Positions 51,101-61,466 of a DNA stretch of 64,000 nt are shown here, in pieces. The notes under the pieces are model-generated. The model was not told the origin of the DNA and did not search any database. It worked only from the letters and a program-made list of their open reading frames with translations. Position 1 is the stretch's first letter, and the number at the start of each line of letters is the position of its first letter. Location: NCBI GenBank assembly GCA_043228905.1, contig JBHGNT010000014.1:10478001-10542000 (forward strand), read 5' to 3'. The position numbers and the translations under genes were made by a program. This DNA comes from Azolla caroliniana (lineage: Eukaryota; Plantae; Polypodiophyta).

Positions 51101-51995
51101 ACAATTCTATATTACCAAGTATCAGAAAAGGTAATGAAAAACATTATTTTTTAGCAAGATTTACATAGTTCAAGAGCTCATTTCGCTAGAGCATATGGTT
51201 GTTAGCCATAATGTCGGAGGTTCAAGCTCTCCTTGGAGAGACATCTCAAGTTTAGATATTAACCCCATGTACTTGAACCTAGAAATATGCACTACATAAA
51301 AAAGCACATGAATATATGTCGATTGTTCAATAAGCACATGAATATATGTTGTTTGTTTTATAACCGACACATGTTATTAAAGCAAGATCAGAATACGACA
51401 AAATGGGTTATCTCATGGATTTCATTAGAACTTAGCTAACAAGAATGATGGGTATACCCTGCTCTACATCCTCACCAAAAAATTTGAGAGGAGTTAAAAA
51501 TCGATCGATCTATAGAAGTGTTCGAGCCCACCTAATTGTAACAACACAGTGGGTTAGAAGAATTCGGTTCACGGATAAGGAAAACAAAATATCTTTTAAG
51601 ATTGAAAGTTGATGTGTATATAATACACTAAAAAAATGCCTCAAATTAAATAATTTGGATTTATCAATTATAAGGCCAAGGGGCCTTACACCCGGTAGCT
51701 ACTTCTTTATTCAGAAAAAATACATAATTTATGCGTGAGAAATGAAATCCAAAAATAATTGAGATAACTGTCATATTAGTGGTTGCATTCCATGAGAGTC
51801 AACATATATTTGTTAAAAAACAGTACTAATTAAATTAAAGGAAGGAATTATATTTTTTCAATAATACTAATTGCATGAGTTGGAAGTTCCATTCATTTCC
51901 GACTAAACTACATATCTTCCGCCCATTAATTGTTGGTGACGACCAATTGAGATCTAAATGGTAGTGAGATACGTAATTTTACACAAAATTTACAT

Positions 51996-52069
51996 GCTTC
52001 AATAGCTCAGTTGGTTAGAGTGTATGGCTGTTAACCATAAGGTCGGAGGTTCAACCCCTCCTTGGAGCG
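51996..52069 (+). tRNA. tRNA-Asn(GTT), near intact
   Basis: Only C25>T (G-U pair in the D stem). Confidence 0.72.
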
Positions 52070-52666
52070 ACATGTCAAGATTATCTATTAAACCCATGTA
52101 CTTGAGCCTATGAATATGAACTACATAAATAAGCACATGAATATATTACAATTGTTTTATAACCTACGTATGTCATTAAAGCAAATATGAGAATACAAAA
52201 CACGTTATGTCATGTATTTAATTACAAGTGAGCTAACAAGATACATGTATTAAAAAAGGAAGACTAGTATACCCTACTCTGAATCCTCAACAAAACCATT
52301 GCGAGAAGTTAAAAATTGTAACAATAGAATGGACTAGGGAAATTGGATTCACGTATAAGGACAAGAAGTCCTACTTTAAGATTGAAATGTGATGCATATA
52401 TAATACACTAAAAGAAAGCCTCAATCTAATTGAGGGAAAACCATGACTTGGGCTTGCTATCATTAAAAGTTGAGCTCAAGACCCCCCCTCCCGCCTGAGA
52501 TATAAATGGTAATGAGATAGCTAATTTCGTGCAAAATTAATGTGTTTCAATAGCTCAGTTGGTTAGAGCGTATGCCTGTTAACCATAAGGTCGGAGGTTC
52601 GAGACCTCCCCTCCCGCCTGAGATATAAATGGTAATTAGATACCTAATTTTGTGCAAAATTAACGT

Positions 52667-52740
52667 GCTTCAATAGCTCAGTTTGTTAGAGTGTATGGCT
52701 ATTAACCATAAGGTCGGAGGTTCGACCCCTCCTTGGAGCG
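52667..52740 (+). pseudogene. tRNA-Asn degenerate copy (anticodon ATT)
   Basis: D-loop GG lost; G34>A. Confidence 0.7.
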
Positions 52741-53502
52741 TCATGTCAAGTTTAGATATTAAGTCCATGTACTTGAATCTATTAATATGAACTACATAAA
52801 AAAGCACATGAATATATGTTAATTGTTTTATAATCGAGGCATGTTATTAAAGCAAGATGGCAATACAAACAATGTTATCTCATGTATTTCATTAGAAGTT
52901 AGTTGACAAGATACACGCACTCAAAAAGAAAGACGGGTATATACCCTTCTCTGGATCCTCAGCAAAAACTTTGAGAGAAGTTAAAAATCGATCGACCTAT
53001 AGAAGTGTTCGATCCCACCAAATTGTAATGACACAATGGGTTAGCATATTTAGATTCACGGATAAGGAAAACAATATCTCTTTTAAAATTGAAATTCCAT
53101 GTGTATATAATACACTAAAAAAATATCTCAAACTAAATAATTTGGATTTACCAATTAAAAGGCCAAGGGGCCTTGCACTCGGGACCTACTTTTTTATTCA
53201 GGAAAAAGACATAATTTATGCGCAAGAAAGGTAATCCAAAAATAATCGAGGTAAACTTAAGATTAGTGCTTGCGTTCCTTCAGACTCAACAAATTCTTGT
53301 TAAAAAAAAGTACAAATTAAATTGAGGGAAACAATAATATTTTTACAATAATAAGAATTGCATGAGTTGGAGGTTCCATTCATTTCGAGCCCATGTACTT
53401 AGGCTACGACCCCGCCTGTCCGGAAAGCGCACATTAATGCCGTGGACAGCCAATTGAGATCTAAATGGTAATGATATACCTCATTTTTACCAAAATTAAC
53501 AT

Positions 53503-53576
53503 GCTTCAATTCCTCAATTGGTTAGAGTGTATGGTTGTTAACTCTAAGGTCGGAGGTTCGACCCCTCCTTGGAGCG
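53503..53576 (+). pseudogene. tRNA-Asn degenerate copy
   Basis: A box and anticodon stem disrupted. Confidence 0.68.
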
Positions 53577-54325
53577 ACATTTTAAGTTTAGATATTAAGC
53601 CCATGTACTTGAACCTATAAATATGAACTACATTAAAAAGCACATGATATATATGTTACTTGTTTTATAATCGACGCATGTTATTAAAGCAAGATGACAA
53701 TACAAACCATGTTATCTTGAATGTATTTGATTAGAAGCTAGCTGACAAGATACACGCACTCAAAAAGAAAGACGGGTATACCCTTCTCTAGATCCTCATC
53801 AAAAACTTTGAGAGGAGTTAAAAATCAATCAACCAATAGAAGAGTTCAAGCCCACCAAATTGTAACGACACAATGGGTTAGCATATTTAGATTCACGGAT
53901 AAGGAAAACAATATCTCTTTTAAAATTGAAATTCCATGTGTATATAATACACTTAAAAAATACCTCAAACCAAATAATTGGGACTTACCAATTAAAAAGG
54001 CCAAGGGACCTTGCACTCGGGACCTACTACTTTATTCAGAAAAAATAAATAATTTATGCACGAGAAAGGTAGTCCAAAATTAATCGTGCTAAACTTAAGA
54101 TTAGTGCTTGCGTTCCTTGAGAGTCAACAAATCCTTGTTAAAAAACATTACAAATTAAATTTAGGGAAGCAGTAATATTTTTTCAATAAAAATAAGTGCA
54201 TGAGTTGGAGGTTCCATTCATTTCAACCTAAACTACATATCTTGTGCCGGTGACAACCAATTGAGATATAAATGGTAATGAGATACCTAATTTTGTACAA
54301 AATTAACGTGCTTCAATAGTTCAGT

Positions 54326-57300
54326 TGATGAAGGCTACATGGGTAACATCCGGAACGGTGTCATGAAGTTCAGGAAGGGGAGCCTGATAGTGGCTCGGGC
54401 CAAGAAGGTCAACACCTTGTACTTGATGAATGCCCGCTTAAGCCCGGAAGAAGTGAATGTTGCTTCCGACACTACCGGTGAGCTGTGGCACAAGAGATTG
54501 TGTCACATGAGCGAGAAGGGGATGAGGAGGCTAGCCGAAGACAACCTCATTCCGGTGAAAGACGTGCACCTTGAGAGGTGCACCGATTGCCTGGCCGGTA
54601 AGCAAAACCGGACCTCCTTCCGCTCTAGGCCATTGATGAGACATAATGCACCACTGGAGCTGGTGCATACCGATCTGTGTCAAGTGGACACGAAGTCACA
54701 TGCCAGATCGTATGGCGGAGCACATGAATGCCTTCCAGGGGCTGATTCACTAGGTATCATCGTTGGAAGTACCTCTCGCCGATGAGGTACTAGCACTGCT
54801 CGTGCTCAGTTCCCTCCCGGATAGCTAGGAGATGTTGGTTGTCACTTTGGGCAACGTCGGGCCAGAAGTAAAACAGTTATCCCTAGCAAGAATCAAGTTG
54901 AGCTTGCTGGATGAGGAGGTGTGTCGGAAAGACAAGGATACGAGCTCCAACTCCAAAGCGCTCCTTACCGAATCGGAACGCGGAAGACAAAGGAACTGTA
55001 GTCCCCAGAACCATGAAAAGTCGGGGACACGATCAAAGTCAAGGGGGACGCCTACTTGCTTCTATTGCGGCAAGCCTGGACACTTCTAGAGGAACTGTCG
55101 GCACTTCCGAAAATACAAGGAAATCGGTAGTACCGATTTGAAGCGGTCACCGGACCGGAACGGCAAAGACCGGAGAGGACCGGACCGAAAGGGAACGATA
55201 GCAATCGCGGCAAGTGAAGAGGAGTTGATGCTCATCACCGAGGAGAGTGAGTTGAACCTTGCTGGCAACGAGACAACGTGGGTTGTAGATTCCGAAGCGT
55301 CGTTCCACCTTACCCCGGACCGGAAATGCTTTTCATCCTACACAGCCGGTGAGCACGACTGTGTCCGGATGGGGAATGAAGGTACATGCCGAATTGTGGG
55401 CATAGGAGACGTGTGGCTGACAACACCAACCGGATGCAAGTTGCTACTGAAGGATGTCCGACATGTTCTGGAGGTTCGACTGTACCTCATATCAGCCGGT
55501 CGGCTAGATGATGAAGGCTACATGGGTAGCATCCGGAACGGTGTCATAAAGTTCAGGAAGGGGAGCCTGATAGTGGCTTGGGCCCGGAAGGTGAATACCC
55601 TATACCTGATGAATGCCCGCTTAAGCCCGGAAGAAGTGAACGTTGCTTCCGACACTGCCGGTGAGCTGTGGCACAAGAGATTGTGTCACATGAGCGAGAA
55701 GTGAATGAGGAGGTTAGCCGAAGACAACCTCATTCCGATGAAAGACGTGCACCTTGAGAGGTGCACCGACTGCCTCGCCGGTAAGCAAAACCGAAGCTCC
55801 TTCCGCACAAAGCCACTGATGAGACGTAATGCACCACTTGAGCTAGTGCATACCGATGTGTGTCAAGTGGACACGAAATCACATGCCGGATCGCAGTACT
55901 TCGTGACGTTCATAGACGACCACAGCCGAAAGCTGTGGGCCACACCATTGAAGACGAAGGATCAGGTGTTATCCTTCTTCAAGGAGCTCCACGCAAGAGT
56001 GGAAAGAGAAACCGGCCAGAAGCTAAAGGCGGTTTGAACAGATAACGGAGGCGAATACCAGGGGCAGTTTGAGGAGTATTGCCGCTCGAAGGGAATCCGG
56101 CTCGAATTTACCGTGCCGAAGACGCCGGAACTGAACAGGCTGGCTGAGAGGATGAACCGGACCATAATGGAGATGGTCCGGAGTATGTTGGCACATGCAG
56201 AGTTACCCAAGACGTTTTGGGTTGAGGCGCTGGCGACAACAACGTATGTGATAAACAGGTCACCCTCAGTACCCTTGTATGGAGACACACCGCAAAGAGT
56301 GTGGACTGGTAAGGAATTGTCCTACCAGCATCTGAAGGTGTTCGGGTGTCTCTCTTACGTGCATGTTGCAAAGGACCAAAGAACAAAGTTGGATCCAAAG
56401 TCCCGACCATGCATATTCCTTGGATACGGCGATGATGAGTTCGGCTACCGATTGTGGGATCCGGAGTCGAGATATTACCTTCATGGAGGACAAGACCCTT
56501 GCCGACTGGGAGTCGGAGAAGAAGATAATGAACTCTGAATCGACCGGAAAGGACCGGTTTGATGAGATGCAATCCCATCCGGCAAAGAGCCGATTAACAC
56601 TCGAAGAACCGGCCGGTTACGGTGAGGATACCAAACTGACAAAAGGTTCCAACAAAAGAATGGCGTGGACTTCGATGAAATATTTGCCCCGATAATAAAA
56701 ATGATTTCCATCCGGACGGTGCTGAGCATAGTGGCAAGCATGGACTTCGAGGTAGAGCAGTTAGACGTGAAGAGGAGATCGACATGCAGCAACCGGAGGG
56801 ATTTGTGAAGAAAGGGAAGGAGCACCTAGTTTGCCGATTGAAGAAGAGCCTCTACGGTTTGAAGCAGGCTCCCCGACAATGGTATGGTCGGAAGTTCGAG
56901 TCCTTCATGATGGATCAAGGATACCACAAGACCCAGGCCGACCACTACGTGTTTGTGAAGAAGTTTGAAGGTGGAGACTTCCTGATACTGCTCTTGTACG
57001 TGGACGACATGTTGATCATCAGACAGGACCAAGCAAAGATTCGGATGTTGAAGCAGACTCTTAACCAGACTTTCTCAATGAAAGACTTGGGTTCGGTAAG
57101 ACAGATATTGGGGATGCATATCATTCGGGACCGGTCAAAGAAGCAATTGTGGCTGTCACAGGAGAAGTACGTGACAAAGGTGCTTGAGCGGTTCAACATG
57201 TCAGATGCAAAACCAGTCGAATCGACACTTCCGGGAAACTACAAGTTATCTGGTAAGCAAAGCCCGAAGACGAAGGCAGAGCAGGCGGATATGATGAAGA

Positions 57301-59400
57301 TACCGTATGCCTCTACCGTCGGGAGCTTAATGTATGCAATGGTGTGTACCCGATTGGATATCGGATACGCAGTCGGAGTTGTGAGCCGGTTTATGAGCAA
57401 TCTCGGGAAGAAGCACTGGAATGCAGTAAAATAGATACTCCAGTATTTGAAGGGCACTTCGAGCATGTGCCTTCAATTCGGCTCAAGTAAACCCCAACTC
57501 AACGGATTCATGGATTCAGACATGTCAGCTAATGCGGATACCAACTGGTCAACATCCGGATATGTCATGGCATACGCGGGGGGAGCTGTTTCGTGGCAGT
57601 CGAGGCTGCAGAAGACGGTTGCTTTGTCAACCACAGAGGCAGAGTACATGGCGGCTGTGGAAGCCGACAAGGAAATACTATGGATGAAGGACTTCATCGA
57701 AGAGCTAGGGATCCGACAAGAGGAATACCGGCTCTATTGCGACAGTCAAAGTGCCAACCACCTTGCGAAGAATGCAACGTATCATTCCAGGACGAAGCAC
57801 ATCCAGCAGAGGTACCACTACATTTGGGAGAGAGTGGAAGATCGAGAGTTCATTGTCGAGTTGTTACGCGCGTGCGTGGAGAAAGGCGGGACCACGGGGG
57901 TCTTGGACTAAGGAGTGACGGAGCGTAGGAAGTCGTGCTTCACCGTTTCTGGGGCATCCCAGAAGCACACCGGAAGCAACTGAAGGGAGAGAGAGAAAGA
58001 GAGGGGGGGCGCGTTTGACGCCGACTCACGCACACACACACACTCACACAGGCCGACCCGACTCACGCCCTTATGTACAGGAAACGCAGGAAAAGGGGAA
58101 GCACCCGACACCAACAGAGACACCAATATACACAGACAAACGCAAATGTATATATATAAAAGGAGGAATACATTCACGGCTTCGAGCCGGACCAAGCTAG
58201 GGTAAGTTACAACAGTAGTCTGCAGCCAAGCCGCCGTCCGGGGAGCTCTCGGGCTCGTCACGCAGAGCGGGGTCCTGCACAGGAGACCGAGCGGGAACAA
58301 CCCTCAACAGTCGACCTCCCCCGCGAAGAAGAAGAAGATGAAACCTAACTCTAAACCTAACGGTATACCCTCTAACACAAAATGGGCAACCCTTTTCACA
58401 AAGGGCGCTCCCTTCCTTTTATAGAACAAGGAGAGGGATGCGTTACAATGTGGGATAAATCCCGACTTACATGGGATCGTCTGTCCCGACTTGACTACTC
58501 TTCGACGCCATAAAGGCGCCCTCGTTATTCACACTAAATGTATAAGGGTGAGCACACATACTGCACCCCGCCGATGTAGCCAATGTTTCCCGGTTTCCAC
58601 CTCTGGCCGAAATTCTTCACGACATCGTGCTGACGAAGATCCACACGGAGGAGAACGGGTCAGACATGTTGACCAAGGTGTTGACACCCGACAAGTTGGA
58701 TGCATATAGGAAGAGGATAAGATTGACGAGGTAGCCCATGCTAGAGTGAAGGGGGAGCCTGTTAGGATTTTGGTCCCTCCGGATGGGATATGAGTACCCA
58801 GCAACAAAAGACCCGATGAGAACCGGATGATGAGAACCCGGCAATGAAGAACCGGTGAGAACTGGATGATGAGTACCCGGCAAGGAAGACTCAGTGAGAA
58901 CCGGATGATGCAGGCCCGGTGAGAATCTCTCACCGGATGAAGGGACATATACGTAAATATGTTCTAGAGAGCCCATTGGGGCTATATTTGTAAATAGCCC
59001 GAAAGTCATATTAGTATAAATATGACCTAGGGCAAACTCTTGAGAGGTAGTTGTCATTATTTTGTATAGAGTTATTGGTGTAACTGTTGTATAGAGTGTA
59101 ATAGACACACAGAGAGAAACAGAGTAAGTCTTTGTTGTAACCACCGCCAGGCGAAGAGTGTGAAGACGAGGTCACTGCCTCCGTTCCGTGTCTACCTGTT
59201 GTATTCCTCTCGACATAGTGATATTTTGGAGTCTGTGGGATCCCGTGGTTTTTCCTGTTTAGGGTTTTCCACGTTAACATCATGTGCATTCTCTTCTGTT
59301 TGTGTACTTACTTCCATTTCTCATTTCGTCTGTGTTTGATTATCATTAAGTGATCTAAGTCTCGGTTGTGGCCAAAGATTATTCCGCATAGTTCCTAACA
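54326..59400 (+). mobile_element. Ty1/Copia element, 5'-truncated and rearranged: gag-PR-IN-RT-RNaseH, PPT, 3' LTR 58760-59400
   Basis: CFYCGKPGH, WVVDSEAS, LWHKRLCH, VHTDVC, SLYGLKQAPRQW, YVDDML, ALSTTEAEY, RTKHI, SDMLTK; GAGTGAAGGGGGAG then TGTTAGG...CCTAACA. Confidence 0.92.
57854..58624 (-). mobile_element. Solo LTR of the TGTCG...CGACA Gypsy group in Copia RNase H
   Basis: Termini TGTCGAG...TTCTTCACGACA; TSD TCAT/TCGT; removal restores EFVLTKIHTEENGSDMLTK. Confidence 0.88.
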
Positions 59401-61466
59401 GAAACCCACAAAGAGTAATAAGTTTTGAAGAGCAAAGAAAGGAGATAATGAGAGAGCTGCATGATAAATAATGGGTTGGTCATCGAGGAATGTGGGCCAC
59501 TTTCAGTAAGATTAAAGAACGGTTTTGGTGGCCTCGATACTATGAGGAAATAAAAAAGTATGTGGAAACTTGTCCCACTTGTCAATATTATTCAAATATA
59601 AAATTTTGTGATGAGTTACACCCAACATACTCACCGGGTGTGCATTACAAGTGGATGATAGATTTGGTAACAATGCCACTTGGAGTAGGACAAAACAGAT
59701 ATCTGGTTCTTGCAAGTGAAGATCTAACAAATCAAGTGGAAGGACATGCACTGCGAACAAAAGGGACATTAGGAGTATTTCAATTCATCTTGGAGGATAT
59801 TGTTTGTAGATATGGATGTATTGGGAAGATAGTGGCAGATAGGGGAGAGCTCAATTCTACGGAAGCTCAAGATTTTTTTGACAAAGTAGGAATTCGGCTC
59901 TCTTTGACAACGGCATACAATCCAGAAGCTAATGGAAAGATAGAAAGGGGACATGGGAAAATAGTCAAAGCTTTGGCAAAGGCATGTAAAGGACGAGTTA
60001 GTGATAGGCCAAAAATCTTACCCTATGCATTGTGGGAGGATAGGACAACTCACAACACTGTTACTGGATATATGCCTGCAGAATTAATCATAGGACATAA
60101 ACCGATAATGCCAATTGAAGAAAATATCACTACATGGGTTGTGTTGCCTTGGGAATCAGAAATGAGTAGGGAAGATTTACCTATGATTCGGATACGACAT
60201 CGTCAAACAAGGACAGGAGACATAGAAAAAGCAGCTACTAGATTGAAAGAGGCAAGAATCAAGAATAAGGACAGATTTGACAAGATGAAAAGAATACGAC
60301 CAAGAAAGGTGCAAGAGGGATATTGGGTATTAGTATATGATAGTAGCCTAGATAATCAATACAGTACTGTTCGGAAGTTCTCAAAAAGATGGTTTGGACC
60401 TTATGAAGTTAGAAAAATAACAGATAAGGCCACATATTTCCTCAATGAATTGGATGGGACAGGAATTCTTATCCCAATTATAGGAAGAAGGATTAAAATA
60501 TTTAAAAGGACGGAGTCACTAGAGCCCAAATTTTATGAAGAAGTAGAAGAACTAAAAGAATGAGAAGAAGTGTTGGTGAATTTTGCACATCCAATGTGCA
60601 AGTTCAGAGGGGTGGGTGTCGTGAAGAATGTGCTTCACAATATAAAAATGAACTTAAATATTGTATTCAGCAATATTTGAGAAACTTTAACCCACACCCT
60701 TATATATGAAGTACAATGTACACACCACTAAGCTAGGCTATTTATTTGTAGAAGTATTGTAAAGAATGTGCATCATGATATCAGAATGAAGCTAAATATT
60801 GTATTGAATAAAATTGAGAGACTTGAACCCTCAACTTTGTATACAAAGCACAATGTACACACCACTAAGCTAAGTTAATTATTTTAGAATGGATTTGTAT
60901 CATTATTCTTATCCCCTTCTTATTTTCATACGTGGAATCTCAAATGAGTGAGATGTCTATCATGCATCACATGTAATGCATGAACGCCAAATGGCGATCA
61001 TGCATGCATGTCTTTACCCTCACATGCATTATATGCATGGGGGCACCTATAAAAAGAGGGGAATCAAGTTAGGAAGGAATCAAGTCAAGGTGAGAGAAAT
61101 AATATGATCAAAGAAACAAATTAGCTCATTTGGGAAGAGGCTTGTGGTTTGAAGTTGGAATCAAGGGTTCAAATCTAGAATTTAGTGAAAGAATAGTCGC
61201 ATCTTATGATCGACATTGTAACTTTGGTAAAATATTGTGTTGTTAATATAAAGCTTGTTCTTATAATACATTTTCACTTCTTAAATCATACATTGTCTCT
61301 TATCTCTTATCTATGCTCATCTGTCTCTCGCACATTAATTCTAACTTTTGTTCTTCATATCCTTAATCTTTCTAACATTGTTGCACAAGCCTTATAAAAT
61401 ATATAGCCAACTCCTTTTAACCTTAGTCCTTGTGACTTCGCCGCACGAACCACAACTACCCCGACA
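59401..61466 (+). mobile_element. 3' part of a Gypsy element: integrase, PPT, 3' LTR 60617-61466
   Basis: AGAGGGGTGGG then TGTCGTGAAGAA...CCCCGACA; followed by GCGT and the interrupted chromovirus-like integrase. Confidence 0.85.
59490..60563 (+). pseudogene. Gypsy integrase (zinc finger, DDE core, GPY motif; no chromodomain seen)
   Basis: GHRG..FWWP..CPTCQ, WMIDLV, VADRGE, YNPEANGKIERGH, RWFGPYEV. Confidence 0.88.

Larger units (their letters stand above)
50357..54325 (+). repeat. tRNA-containing macrosatellite, block 4 (dimer unit followed by ~0.81-0.84 kb monomers)
   Basis: Thr 50781-50854; variant B 51167; Asn at 51996, 52544 (truncated), 52667, 53503, 54310 (truncated). Confidence 0.9.

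Noticed and set aside
52667-52740. Novel-anticodon tRNAs (ATT here, CCT at 50781, TGT at 34508)
   Set aside because: Each occurs in a copy with other disabling changes, so random decay is the simpler explanation.
12744-54325. tRNA copies as independent SINE insertions
   Set aside because: No individual TSDs or tails; copies occupy fixed positions in a tandem unit and several are complete tRNAs.
61371-61377. TCTAACA as the end of the 60617 LTR
   Set aside because: Homology to the 16652 solo LTR and the CGACA terminus abutting the interrupted integrase place the end at 61466.
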